A stretch of 64,000 nt of DNA from Thainema sp. (GTDB taxonomy: Bacteria > Cyanobacteriota > Cyanobacteriia > Phormidesmidales > Phormidesmidaceae), in assembly GCA_052168235.1 (NCBI GenBank), contig JBQLZK010000004.1:64001-128000 (forward strand), written 5' to 3'. Shown one piece after another: positions 37,012-46,896 of the stretch (its first letter is position 1; each line of letters starts with the position of its first letter). The position numbers and the translations under genes are program-made. Under the pieces are notes generated by a model. The model searched no databases. It worked only from the letters and a program-made list of their open reading frames with translations, and was not told the DNA's origin.

Positions 37012-37989
37012 ATGACCCTAGAGATTCCTCGATCAACAGCAGTCCCCCCACCTGCCACTACTCCCATCGCGTTAGAAGCATCCGGTTTGAAAAAAGGCTA
37101 TGGCAACGGCAAGCAGCGGGTAGAGGCGGTGCGGCATGTTTCCCTGGATTTGCATTTGGGTGAGGTTCTGGCCTTCTTGGGGCCAAACGGCGCGGGTAAA
37201 ACCACCTCAATCAAGATGATTGCGGGGCTGATCCGTCCCGATCAGGGCTGGGTGAAAATTGCAGGCCAAGATCCTCATCACGACCCAAAAGCGCTGCGGC
37301 TGGTCGGAGCTGTTTTGGAAGGCAACCGCAATCTCTACTGGCGACTAACGCCGCTGGAAAATTTAGCGTATTTCGGTGTTCTGCGTGGGTTGACCCGCCG
37401 CCAAGCCCATCGCCACGGGCTAGAGCTGCTGGAGCAGTTCGACCTGATGGATAAGCGTAAAACGCCCGTGAAAAACCTGTCGCGGGGGATGCAGCAGAAA
37501 CTTGCGATCGCAGTTGCTCTGGTGCATAAACCTCGGCTGCTGCTGCTGGATGAGCCGACGCTGGGGCTGGATGTGGAAGCTAGTGAACATGTGAAGCAAC
37601 TGGTACGAGCAGTTGCCAAAGCAGGCTGTGCCATCTTGCTCACTACCCATCAGCTAGATGTGGCGGAAGAACTGTCGGATCGGGTAGCCGTTATCCGTCA
37701 AGGCGAAATTATTGCTCAGCGCCCTACCCGTGACTTGATTCGCGAGTTTTCTGGTTCCTCCTATCGGATTGAGCTAGAGCACGATCTGGATGCCGCTCGC
37801 CAGCAGGCGATTATGGCACTCGGTGCTGTGGTGGATGCTCGGCACGTTACCTACACGGGCGAACCCGCTGGTTTATATCAAATTCTGCGTATCCTGGAGC
37901 CGCTGCCGTTTGTTCAGGTGAAGAAAGATGCCGCCGATCTAACGGCGGTATTTCTCAAGCTGGTACGCAGTGATGTCTCGGCAATGTAA
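37012..37989 (+). CDS. ABC exporter ATP-binding protein
   Basis: GPNGAGKT, LSRGMQQK, LLLDEP. Confidence 0.93.
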   Translation: MTLEIPRSTAVPPPATTPIALEASGLKKGYGNGKQRVEAVRHVSLDLHLGEVLAFLGPNGAGKTTSIKMIAGLIRPDQGWVKIAGQDPHHDPKALRLVGAVLEGNRNLYWRLTPLENLAYFGVLRGLTRRQAHRHGLELLEQFDLMDKRKTPVKNLSRGMQQKLAIAVALVHKPRLLLLDEPTLGLDVEASEHVKQLVRAVAKAGCAILLTTHQLDVAEELSDRVAVIRQGEIIAQRPTRDLIREFSGSSYRIELEHDLDAARQQAIMALGAVVDARHVTYTGEPAGLYQILRILEPLPFVQVKKDAADLTAVFLKLVRSDVSAM

Positions 37990-38092
37990 TGTCCAGTCTG
38001 TGTATTAAAACCGATCTATTTTCTACGAAACTCTCGCTTAGCGAGAGTTTCGTAGAAAATAGATCACGGGTTTTCATCCAGAATTCGTGTAG
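37987..38092 (+). repeat. Family A hairpin element
   Basis: 25-bp perfect arms 38013-38037/38041-38065, loop TTA; begins at the TAA stop of the ATPase gene. Confidence 0.85.
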
Positions 38093-38104
38093 TGTATTTT
38101 CCCT

Positions 38105-38884
38105 ATGAACTTCATTGAACTTCTAATCGCTGAACTGCGCCGCAGTTGGACGGAATTTATTCGCTATCCGGCAGAGGTGATTGGCGGCATCATTATCATC
38201 ACGTCGGTATTCTACGGTCTGTTTCTCAGCGCCCGCTATATGACTGGCCCCGCCACACAGTTTGGCGATCGGTTGGATGCCATCGTCATTGGCTACGTGC
38301 TGTGGACACTGACCATTTATCTGATCAACGACATTGCCAATAACCTCCAGCTCGAAGCTCAGACAGGTATCCTAGAGCAGGTTTTCCTCTCGCCGTTTGG
38401 TGCGCCCCAAGTGTTTCTCGCCCGTGCGATCGCAAGTTTAACCCTACGCTTCAGCCTGATCGCGATTATTCTCAGCATCATCATCACCATCACGGGCAGC
38501 CGCCTTCAGTTTCCGCCCACGCTGGTGCTGCCGCTGGCGACGATGCTGCTCGGCGGTTACGGTCTAGCCTTCACGATGGGTTCCTGTGCGCTGCTGTTTA
38601 AGCGCGTCCAGCAGTTACTAGGACTGTTCCAGTTCGTCTTGCTCTTCCTGCTGGCTGTTCCCACGGAAACCTGGACGGGCTGGATGCACTGGATTACCCT
38701 TGCCATCCCGATGATTCCCAGCGTTGAACTGCTACGTAGCTTAATGGCGCGAGGAGAAGGCTTAGACCTCGCCCAGTTCTCATTAGCCTTTGCGAATGGT
38801 TTTGGTTACTTTCTACTGGGGCTTTTCCTGTTCCGCTGGGCCGAACGTCGAGCAAAACAACGCGGTATTTTGGCGGGTTATTGA
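38105..38884 (+). CDS. ABC-2 type permease
   Basis: About 6 TM segments, EAQTGILEQVFLSP motif. Confidence 0.88.
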   Translation: MNFIELLIAELRRSWTEFIRYPAEVIGGIIIITSVFYGLFLSARYMTGPATQFGDRLDAIVIGYVLWTLTIYLINDIANNLQLEAQTGILEQVFLSPFGAPQVFLARAIASLTLRFSLIAIILSIIITITGSRLQFPPTLVLPLATMLLGGYGLAFTMGSCALLFKRVQQLLGLFQFVLLFLLAVPTETWTGWMHWITLAIPMIPSVELLRSLMARGEGLDLAQFSLAFANGFGYFLLGLFLFRWAERRAKQRGILAGY

Positions 38885-38918
38885 TAGCTGGTTGGTTGAG
38901 ACATCAGGAAATTCTGAA

Positions 38919-38956
38919 AACGTTTAAACGTTGGAACGTTCGAACGTTCCAACGTT
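38919..38956. repeat. AACGTTnn octamer tandem x5 (palindromic)
   Basis: AACGTT separated by TA, GG, CG, CC; 38927-38956 is a perfect 30-bp palindrome. Confidence 0.85.
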
Positions 38957-39010
38957 GGATTCTGTAACTGTGACAACTTAAACGCGACGGCTACTGCTCA
39001 GCACTCCCCG

Positions 39011-39256
39011 CTACTTGGCCGAACTAAATCGCTTGGATACCCAGCTAATTGCGCCGCTGATCAGCGCTCCGGCCATTAGGATACCGATGGATGGCATAAA
39101 GATGGGTTCCCAGAGAGAATACCAAATATCAAAGCCTAGTGGAATGTCTGTCGCTCGTCCAACTAATGCGATCGCAAACCAGGTAAAGCTTGCTAGGACG
39201 AAAAAGATGTTGGCGACCAGTAGCCAGTTTAACCAGTTGATTAACGTGTCTTTCAT
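39011..39256 (-). CDS. Small membrane protein, 81 aa
   Basis: Two TM segments, PLGFDIWYSLWEP motif. Confidence 0.75.
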   Translation of the reverse strand: MKDTLINWLNWLLVANIFFVLASFTWFAIALVGRATDIPLGFDIWYSLWEPIFMPSIGILMAGALISGAISWVSKRFSSAK

Positions 39257-39400
39257 GAATTAATGAATGGGATCTCGGCAGCACTCAATCTCGCTCGGCT
39301 CAACGAATGTTCAGAACTGGATAGCCCTCAACATCAAGAGTCTCAATTTTAAGTATCCTATCGTGAGCGGTACGGATACCATGTTTCATTCGGTAAACGG

Positions 39401-39496
39401 ATATCTTGCACCATTCACAATAGAACCGGAAGAGGTGATTTTGCCGCCGCATCGCGGCGGCAAAATCACCCTTTTGGGTTTTGATGCAAGATGTGG
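39401..39496. repeat. Family B hairpin element
   Basis: ATATCTTGCACC...GATGCAAGATGT ends; 17-bp perfect arms 39434-39450/39454-39470, loop ATC. Confidence 0.83.
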
Positions 39497-39508
39497 GCCA
39501 ACCTTATG

Positions 39509-39575
39509 TGTAGGGGCGGGTTTGGCCATCACGTTTTGATTCAAGTCCAAATTGCTCAACAAAACCCGCCCTCCA
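39509..39575. repeat. GTAG-type REP doublet
   Basis: TGTAGGGGCGGGTTT...AAACCCGCCCTCCA. Confidence 0.65.
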
Positions 39576-39595
39576 GTCCAGACGCCTCACGATAG

Positions 39596-39916
39596 CTAAC
39601 TGAGATTGCCGTGAATCGCCAACCAAATGCAGTGGGGATTGGTTGTGGTGGATTCAACTCGGTGACGCTGATGCGCTGGAATAAACAGATAGTCCCCGGC
39701 TTTTAGATGCACTCGTTCGCCATTTTCGTAGGCCAGTTCTGCCTCTCCCTGGAGTAAAACTACCCATTCATCCTGTGCCTGGTCGTACCATTCTCCAGGC
39801 GGTGTCGTATGCCCAGTCGAGATGATGCGCTCAATCCGGCAATGAGAACTGGCTGCAAGAACTTCAAAGTATTCGTCTGGGGGCAAGTTGGCTGGCAAAT
39901 CGAACAAATTCGGCAT
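39596..39916 (-). CDS. Cupin domain protein
   Basis: IERIISTGH, WYDQ..DEWV.LLQGEA, IPAHQRHRV. Confidence 0.85.
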   Translation of the reverse strand: MPNLFDLPANLPPDEYFEVLAASSHCRIERIISTGHTTPPGEWYDQAQDEWVVLLQGEAELAYENGERVHLKAGDYLFIPAHQRHRVESTTTNPHCIWLAIHGNLS

Positions 39917-39929
39917 AACTTCGGCATAC

Positions 39930-41195
39930 CTACTGTTTGTCACGTTGAATAACTCGGTGATCGAGGTTGATCAAAATGGCAATTGCGATCGCAATACTGG
40001 CAGCGGCAATCAGCCAAAACTGGTAAATGAACGGTTCACCCTGATCAATGGCCCAACCGCCGATGGGCGGACCAATCGCATAGCCCACTGCCCAGCAAAG
40101 AGAGTTGATTGAAAAGTAAACCCCGCGTAGATTATCGGGCGCTAAGTCTACGACCAGAGATGACGAAGAGGGGGTATACGCGACATTGGCGAGAGATACA
40201 ACCGCTAGCATCACCAGCGCAACTGGGATGGCCCCGGTAGACACGATACCTGTCAGACTGGTTAGGCAAAATCCAAGTCCCCAACAGAGAGCAGACAAAA
40301 TCAGCGCTTGAGCATAGCGGAACCGCTTTAGGAAGCGTACGACTGGAATCTGTAAGGCGACCAGCAGCGCAACGTGCCAAGTAAACAGCACGGTAATCAT
40401 CGCTGCCGATAAGCCCAGTTCCTCAGTTGTCCGACCTTCACCGACGAACTGCTTGAAATAAAGCGGTAGTGTGCTTTGGGTTTGAGCAATATAGGTCGTA
40501 AACAGCACGTTGACCAAGGCAAACACCAGCAGGGTGCGATCGCGCAGGGCCGTTATCCAGCCGCTAAAAAAGGACGGAATATCGTCAGCAATCGGTCGCA
40601 TGGCTGCGATCGCAAAATAAATCACGCCAAAGAAGAAGACATAGGTGATGCCATCCACCACAAACAGCAGCCGATACAGTCCCGTCAGGGAAATCATCGC
40701 GCCGCCCAGCACCACTCCCAAACCCAATCCTAAACTGTCGGACAATCGGACAATCGCATAGGCTTCATTGCGCTGCTCATCACTGGCTAAATCCGCCACC
40801 AGCGACTCCGACGCAGGCCAGTAGAGGCCGATCCCCAGTCCCATCAGCAAATTCCCCATCAGCAGCGTGGGAAAACTGTTGGTAAAGGTGAGCACCAAAT
40901 CTGCGATCGCAGAAATGGCTGCCGCCATCAGCAAGACTTTGCGGCGACCAAATCGAGGGGAGTCTGACCAGGAACCGCCCAGAATCCGGCCCAGAATCCC
41001 GGTGATGGACTCGCTGCCAATACCGATCCCCACCAGCGTTGCGGATAGGCCCACCTCCTCTACAAAAAAGATGGGGGCATAGAATAGAACAAAGCCAACC
41101 CCAAGCTGCGACAGCAATCGTCCAGCCGACAAAATCCAGATTCGTCGGTCAAGCTGCGGTAGCCAGTTCAAAATTTTTTGACCGATGAATTTCAT
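39930..41195 (-). CDS. MFS transporter
   Basis: About 12 TM segments, GSWSDSPRFGRRKVL motif A. Confidence 0.9.
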   Translation of the reverse strand: MKFIGQKILNWLPQLDRRIWILSAGRLLSQLGVGFVLFYAPIFFVEEVGLSATLVGIGIGSESITGILGRILGGSWSDSPRFGRRKVLLMAAAISAIADLVLTFTNSFPTLLMGNLLMGLGIGLYWPASESLVADLASDEQRNEAYAIVRLSDSLGLGLGVVLGGAMISLTGLYRLLFVVDGITYVFFFGVIYFAIAAMRPIADDIPSFFSGWITALRDRTLLVFALVNVLFTTYIAQTQSTLPLYFKQFVGEGRTTEELGLSAAMITVLFTWHVALLVALQIPVVRFLKRFRYAQALILSALCWGLGFCLTSLTGIVSTGAIPVALVMLAVVSLANVAYTPSSSSLVVDLAPDNLRGVYFSINSLCWAVGYAIGPPIGGWAIDQGEPFIYQFWLIAAASIAIAIAILINLDHRVIQRDKQ

Positions 41196-41291
41196 AATGA
41201 ATATGTAGCAAAGATGGTATGCACGCAAACGCCTCTCCATTAGACTCGAAAGGAAACGCTTTGCAAACCCAACTCACGAATTTCAATAGCG

Positions 41292-42041
41292 ATGCCCAAG
41301 TTTCTGCTAATTACTGATTTGGATAACACATTAGTGGGTGATGATGAGGCGCTCGATCAACTCAATCATCGACTCACAGAGCATCGCAAACGCTACGGCA
41401 GTCTGCTGGTTTACTCTACAGGGCGTTCGCGTGAACTGTATTATCAGCTCAGGGCTGAAAAATCACTTCTAGAGCCAGACGCTTTGATTCTAGCGGTGGG
41501 TACCTTAATTTTTCACAAGGGCAGTCATACGTCTGACTCAACCTGGCATGAAATTCTATCTCAAGGTTGGGATCGCGCTCGCATCGAATCGATTACCGCT
41601 CCCTTTCCTGAACTTGTTTTTCAGCCTGCCTCTGAACAGAACGAGTTTAAGGTGAGCTTTTATGTGAAGCCAGAACAAGCAGCCGTCATAATTCCACGCC
41701 TCAAAAACTTAATGCTAGAACATGAGCTAGATGTTCAGTTTGTCTACAGCAGCAATCACGATTTGGATATTTTGCCGACGCGCGGCAATAAAGGTTCAGC
41801 CCTGATTTTTCTGCGCCACGCGTTGGGCATGGAGCGGGAGGAAACGGTGGTCTGCGGTGATTCTGGCAACGATCAGGCCATGTTTGCGGTAAATGAATCC
41901 CTCGGCATTATTGTCGGTAATGCCCAATCAGAGCTTCTAGACTGGCATCATGCAAATCCATCCGCTGCTCGCTACTTGGCGAAGGCTCACTGTGCCGGCG
42001 GGATTACAGAAGGGCTACACTACTTTGGTCTTCTAGACTAA
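41292..42041 (+). CDS. spp: Sucrose-phosphate phosphatase (HAD IIB)
   Basis: DLDNTL, STGRS, KVSF, CGDSGND, GIIVGNA. Confidence 0.88.
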   Translation: MPKFLLITDLDNTLVGDDEALDQLNHRLTEHRKRYGSLLVYSTGRSRELYYQLRAEKSLLEPDALILAVGTLIFHKGSHTSDSTWHEILSQGWDRARIESITAPFPELVFQPASEQNEFKVSFYVKPEQAAVIIPRLKNLMLEHELDVQFVYSSNHDLDILPTRGNKGSALIFLRHALGMEREETVVCGDSGNDQAMFAVNESLGIIVGNAQSELLDWHHANPSAARYLAKAHCAGGITEGLHYFGLLD

Positions 42042-42055
42042 CTTGTTCAACCACT

Positions 42056-42682
42056 ATGCTGAGTTTTCTCACAGGCGCGATCGCAGGTGTGCAAAAAACA
42101 CCTTCCAATCGCGTCATGCTGCTGCTGGATGTCAACGGCGTTGGCTACGAGCTTCAGATTACGTCTCGCTTTTCCCGTACCCTGCCGGATGCCGGCGAAA
42201 CGGCCCAAGTCCACTGCCACCTGCAAGTGCGCGAAGATCAGATGATCCTGTACGGTTTTGAGTCACGGGCCGAACGAGATGTGTTTCGCCAGTTAACTAG
42301 CGTCAGCGGCATCGGGGCCCAACTTGCGATCGCGCTGCTCGATACTCTGGGTTTACAGGACATGGTGCAGGCCATCGTCACCAGCAACACCCGCCGACTG
42401 GCTCAAACTCCTGGCGTCGGGAATAAGACAGCGGAACGGTTATGCCTAGAACTGAAAGCCAAACTAGCCGAATGGCGCACCCACACGGGCATGAGCACAT
42501 CTCCCTCTGCGGCCCCGACTCCCAGCCTCCAAGAAGATATCGAAATGACGCTGCTGGCCCTGGGCTACACTCAAACCGAAATCCAAACCGCTCTGCAAAC
42601 CGTTGGTCAGCAAACAGCTCTCTCCAAAAGCGGCGACGCCGAGCAGTGGATTCGAGCTGCGATCGCATGGCTCAGTCAGTAA
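42056..42682 (+). CDS. ruvA: Holliday junction branch migration protein RuvA
   Basis: DVNGVGYE, VRED..LYGF, VSGIG, PGVGNKTAER. Confidence 0.95.
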   Translation: MLSFLTGAIAGVQKTPSNRVMLLLDVNGVGYELQITSRFSRTLPDAGETAQVHCHLQVREDQMILYGFESRAERDVFRQLTSVSGIGAQLAIALLDTLGLQDMVQAIVTSNTRRLAQTPGVGNKTAERLCLELKAKLAEWRTHTGMSTSPSAAPTPSLQEDIEMTLLALGYTQTEIQTALQTVGQQTALSKSGDAEQWIRAAIAWLSQ

Positions 42683-42749
42683 AAATAGTCCTCTCACTGT
42701 GCTACTATAGTTGACTGCTGTAATTTTAATTCGGGACGAATATAGGTTC

Positions 42750-43019
42750 ATGGCACTGCTGCAAGACCGTAAACAGGAAATCATCTCTGAGTATCAAATT
42801 CACGAGACCGATACTGGATCTGCTGACGTACAGGTTGCGATGCTGACCGAGCGCATCAATCGCCTGTCTAAGCATCTCCAACAAAACAAAAAAGACTTCG
42901 CATCTCGACGCGGCCTGCTGCAAATGATTGGTCGCCGTAAGCGTCTACTGTCCTACATCCAGAAGCAAGATAACGAACGCTATTTGGCTCTCATTCAGCG
43001 CCTCGGGATCCGTCGCTAA
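42750..43019 (+). CDS. rpsO: 30S ribosomal protein S15
   Basis: HETDTGSADVQVAMLTERI..L..HL...KD..SRRGLL. Confidence 0.97.
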   Translation: MALLQDRKQEIISEYQIHETDTGSADVQVAMLTERINRLSKHLQQNKKDFASRRGLLQMIGRRKRLLSYIQKQDNERYLALIQRLGIRR

Positions 43020-43127
43020 GGCATTCACAAGTGAACCAGCCGCTAGATCGCCGTTGCGTTATGTCTGCATAACGTGGCTATAGCGCTCTACGATTGACTC
43101 AGTGATTTCGTTACTCGCCTCTGAACT

Positions 43128-43652
43128 ATGCCTTCCGATTCTGAGCGCAAGCCGCTACCATTCGAACCCCAGAAAAGCCGCAAAAAGGCCGAATCTAAGC
43201 CGAAAGACGCTAAGTCAGCTACCAATAAGCCGACCAAATCTGCTTCTGCTAAATCACAGGCTAAGTCACCCGCAAAGTCGCAGTCTGCTCCACCCGCTCG
43301 TCGTTCAGCCAATCAGCGAACGCTTGACGAGACGCGGATTCCAGATGCCGTCGGCAAGCGCATGATTCGGCGGATGGCAGTGTTCTGCGGGATTCCTACA
43401 GCCCTGGGCGTGAGTACGTTCTTCGCCAGCTACTTCATCGTGGTAAATGGCGTATTCGATCTGCCCAATAGTGCTGTCGTACTGGTCAGTATGGCCTGCT
43501 TCGGGTTAGGGGTAATTGGTCTCAGCTACGGTGTATTATCGGCTTCTTGGGAAGAAGAGACACCCGGTACGCTGCTTGGCATCGGCGAGTTTAAGATAAA
43601 TCTAGGACGAATGACGGCAGCTTGGCGAGACGCTCGCAAGCAGCAGTCCTAG
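43128..43652 (+). CDS. PAM68 family PSII assembly protein
   Basis: IPDAVGKRMIRRM..FCGIPT, LSYGVLSASWEE. Confidence 0.9.
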   Translation: MPSDSERKPLPFEPQKSRKKAESKPKDAKSATNKPTKSASAKSQAKSPAKSQSAPPARRSANQRTLDETRIPDAVGKRMIRRMAVFCGIPTALGVSTFFASYFIVVNGVFDLPNSAVVLVSMACFGLGVIGLSYGVLSASWEEETPGTLLGIGEFKINLGRMTAAWRDARKQQS

Positions 43653-43869
43653 TCATTGGTCATTCATGTTGATGACGTAATTAACCACAAGCTAGTTAAT
43701 ATACGAACTGACATGTTTGGCTCTGATGTTAAGTGCATAGGGTACGCACTGCAATCAGACGATCCGAAAAAGACCCACTAGAATAAGGCTAGATTTTGAG
43801 TCCATGCGAGATGCAGGTGCGATCGCAACTCAGGTCTAGCCTTAACTGTTGTATGGAGGGAATTCCAGC

Positions 43870-44928
43870 ATGATCGTAGTCATGAAAAGCGGTGCGCCCA
43901 AGACCGAAATAGATCGGCTGGATGCTGACTTTCAATCGTGGGGCCTCATGCCAGAGCAGATCGTGGGCAAACATAAAGTCGTGATTGGTCTAGTGGGCGA
44001 CACCGTGGAGCTTGATCCCCTCCAAATTCAGGATATGAGTCCCTGGATTGAACAGGTTTTGCGAGTTGAGCAGCCGTTCAAGCGAGCCAGCCGCACGTTC
44101 CGCCACGGTGAAGCCAGCACGGTCGTTATCAACACGCCCAACGGTGCAGTCCCCATTGGTGAGCATTCGCCCATCGCAGTGGTAGCTGGGCCATGCTCAG
44201 TCGAAAACGAAACGATGATCGTGGAAACGGCACTGCGAGTTAAAGCGGCAGGAGCGCATTTTCTACGCGGCGGTGCCTATAAGCCCCGCACGTCACCCTA
44301 TGCATTTCAGGGACATGGCGAAAGCGCGCTGGAGCTGCTAGCGGCGGCGCGAGACGCTTCTGGTTTGGGCATTATCACCGAAGTGATGGATACCGCCGAT
44401 GTCGAGAAAATTGGCGCGGTGGCAGACGTGCTCCAGGTAGGCGCACGCAATATGCAGAATTTTGCTCTGCTGAAAAAGGTGGGCGCTCAGGACAAGCCCG
44501 TTTTACTCAAGCGCGGCATGTCGGCCACGATTGAAGAATGGTTGATGGCGGCAGAATATGTTTTGGCCGCAGGCAATCCCAACGTCATTCTCTGTGAGCG
44601 GGGCATTCGTACCTTTGACCGCCAGTATGCCCGCAATACGCTAGATTTATCGATCATTCCAGTGCTGCGATCGCTAACTCACCTGCCGATTATGATTGAC
44701 CCCAGCCACGGCACCGGACGAGCCGAATATGTGCCCTCAATGGCTAAAGCTGCGATCGCAGCCGGAACTGATTCGCTGATGATTGAAGTGCATCCCAATC
44801 CCGCTAAAGCGCTTTCGGACGGCCCCCAGTCATTGACTCCCGACCGATTCGATGAACTGATGCAAGAACTCAGCATCGTCGGTCAAGCCATGCAGCGCTG
44901 GCCCCAGCCCGCCCCCGCAGTTGTTTAG
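43870..44928 (+). CDS. aroF: DAHP synthase (class I-beta)
   Basis: [35 protein letters not shown]. Confidence 0.95.
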   Translation: MIVVMKSGAPKTEIDRLDADFQSWGLMPEQIVGKHKVVIGLVGDTVELDPLQIQDMSPWIEQVLRVEQPFKRASRTFRHGEASTVVINTPNGAVPIGEHSPIAVVAGPCSVENETMIVETALRVKAAGAHFLRGGAYKPRTSPYAFQGHGESALELLAAARDASGLGIITEVMDTADVEKIGAVADVLQVGARNMQNFALLKKVGAQDKPVLLKRGMSATIEEWLMAAEYVLAAGNPNVILCERGIRTFDRQYARNTLDLSIIPVLRSLTHLPIMIDPSHGTGRAEYVPSMAKAAIAAGTDSLMIEVHPNPAKALSDGPQSLTPDRFDELMQELSIVGQAMQRWPQPAPAVV

Positions 44929-44935
44929 TTAACTA

Positions 44936-44972
44936 ACGCTAAAAAGGCCAGCATTGCTGGCCTTTTTAGCGT
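44936..44972. terminator. Bidirectional hairpin / triloop-type palindrome after aroF
   Basis: ACGCTAAAAAGGCCAGC-ATT-GCTGGCCTTTTTAGCGT, 17-bp perfect arms. Confidence 0.7.
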
Positions 44973-45029
44973 CTCAAATTGCCCTCACCAAAATCAACCC
45001 GCAGTACTACACTCCAAGCGTTCCCGAAC

Positions 45030-46157
45030 CTAAATCGGCTGAATTCGAGCAGGCGGCCAGTAAATCTTATACGCCTTCCCTACCACATCTGATTCCGGCA
45101 AAAAGCCCCAGACATGCGAATCCGCGCTGTAATTGCGGTTATCGCCCAGAACAAACAGCGAATTATCGGGCACTGTAGCTGGCCCCCAGGTATAGTCCGG
45201 CGGCGTGACAGCAATAGTCTCACGTAAGGGCTGACCGTTAATGAGAACAGTGCGATCGCGGATTTCAACCGTTTGTCCAGCCGTCGCAATCACACGCTTC
45301 ACAAAAAAGGTTTCATCTGTGACGGTAGGAAGCTCTTGCGCCGCTTCTGGTGCCCGGAACACAATCACATCCCCACTTCGCAAGGGGGCGTTGGAGGTGT
45401 GGCTGACGAAAATTTGATCTCCTACCTGGAGCGCAGGCAGCATTGATTCACTCGGCACAATAAAGCGGTTGATGTTTTGGTTGAGCCAAATAGGTAAGTA
45501 GGCAAAGGTGAAGCGCAGAACGACAATCGCAACTGTGACAATTAGAATCCATTTAATAGATCGACGCGATCGGGATGGTTGAGATGACTGCGATCGCACC
45601 TTAGATCCCGCATTAGCTGGAATCTGAGGTGCAGCGTAGTAGGCATGACAGCAGCCCACTCCCCAAATCAGCGGCGGCAGCAGTAACAAACTAGGAAAAA
45701 CAGTTGAGAGAGTTGATGTGATCATCACTGCACTCAGCAGCATCGCCGCCCAAACCAACTGCTGTAAATAGAGCTGTCCGAGTCCCGGCAAAATATGGGA
45801 GAGAAAAACGGCGAACCAGGGATTTTTGGTCTGTTTAGCAATGTCGGTCAAAGCGTATTGCGCTGTTCCTGTGCGCCGTTTGCCATACAGATACACATCA
45901 AACACGTTAATGATGTACAAAAAAACGGCTAGGCTCCCCATTAGTAGGCCAGAAGCCGTATTACCCGTCGCTGAAAAAATCGACCAAAATGCCAGTCCAA
46001 TCAGCCCTAGCTCAATCAGCAATAGGCCAATTCCCCGCCCAATCTGGCCTGTGTAAAGCTGACCTAATCCTGGAAACAGCATCGACAGGTTTACAGGCAG
46101 CCACAGCGCATGAGTCAGATGAGATGGATTAACATCACGGTCGGAAAACCGAAGCAT
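45030..46157 (-). CDS. lepB: Signal peptidase I with extended multi-TM N-terminus
   Basis: PSESMLP.LQVGD, FVKRVI, GDNRNYSADS; duplicated PGLGQLY motif. Confidence 0.88.
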   Translation of the reverse strand: MLRFSDRDVNPSHLTHALWLPVNLSMLFPGLGQLYTGQIGRGIGLLLIELGLIGLAFWSIFSATGNTASGLLMGSLAVFLYIINVFDVYLYGKRRTGTAQYALTDIAKQTKNPWFAVFLSHILPGLGQLYLQQLVWAAMLLSAVMITSTLSTVFPSLLLLPPLIWGVGCCHAYYAAPQIPANAGSKVRSQSSQPSRSRRSIKWILIVTVAIVVLRFTFAYLPIWLNQNINRFIVPSESMLPALQVGDQIFVSHTSNAPLRSGDVIVFRAPEAAQELPTVTDETFFVKRVIATAGQTVEIRDRTVLINGQPLRETIAVTPPDYTWGPATVPDNSLFVLGDNRNYSADSHVWGFLPESDVVGKAYKIYWPPARIQPI

Positions 46158-46279
46158 AATCTTAATCGAACACTACAGTGTTTCGAGACAGTATCCGTTA
46201 CACTAGGGCAAATGGGAGATGTTGCTATTCGGCGCGTTCACCCACTGTCATTGTAAGTTTCTAGTAATGGTTTAGTTAT

Positions 46280-46555
46280 ATGGTTTCTGCTTCTCCGTTA
46301 GCGCTCGTATTTCAAACCCTGAGCACCTTCCTCACGTTCTACACCGTCCTAATCTTCATCCGGGTTCTGCTATCTTGGTTCCCTAATGTTGATTGGTACA
46401 GTCAGCCTTTCGCAGCTCTTAGCCAGATTACCGATCCGTATCTAAACCTGTTCCGTTCAATCATTCCTCCTGTAGGTGGTATCGATTTCTCCGCAATTCT
46501 GGCGATTATTCTGCTTCAAGTTGCCGCAGGATTAATTCCTTCTGGCATGTTCTAG
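46280..46555 (+). CDS. YggT/YlmG family membrane protein
   Basis: RVLLSWFP, ITDPYLNLFRSIIPP.GGIDFS. Confidence 0.92.
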   Translation: MVSASPLALVFQTLSTFLTFYTVLIFIRVLLSWFPNVDWYSQPFAALSQITDPYLNLFRSIIPPVGGIDFSAILAIILLQVAAGLIPSGMF

Positions 46556-46624
46556 GTTCAAGTCCAGTTTGCCCAAATTGGGTTGCATATCTACTTAAAC
46601 TTGCAATCTATCGCTTCAACTAGT

Positions 46625-46662
46625 AGAGGAGATACCAAGCGTTACTGAGTATCTCCTCTTTG
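46625..46662 (+). terminator. Probable terminator after yggT-like gene
   Basis: AGAGGAGATAC...GTATCTCCTCT followed by T-rich sequence. Confidence 0.5.
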
Positions 46663-46737
46663 TTGCTGTCTTGATCCGTTTAAGACTAGGCAACGTCCAC
46701 CCTAACCTTACTCAGATAGTAAGCCAATGGTAGGTAT

Positions 46738-46827
46738 TAGACTTTATTGGAAATAAAGTTTTTGGGGTTGGAAATCGTTTTGTAGCACGGCAGAGCCGTG
46801 CTACAAAACGATTTCCGATAAGGTCTA
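46738..46827. repeat. Family D hairpin element inside a REP-like palindrome
   Basis: TIR TAGACTTTATTGGAAAT/ATTTCCGATAAGGTCTA; 22-bp perfect arms 46770-46791/46795-46816, loop AGA. Confidence 0.82.
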
Positions 46828-46896
46828 TTGCTCACCATTGGCATTTTTAACCAATGTGGCTAGCGCTACTGGTTGAGGCTATAACTCTTTAAACCC

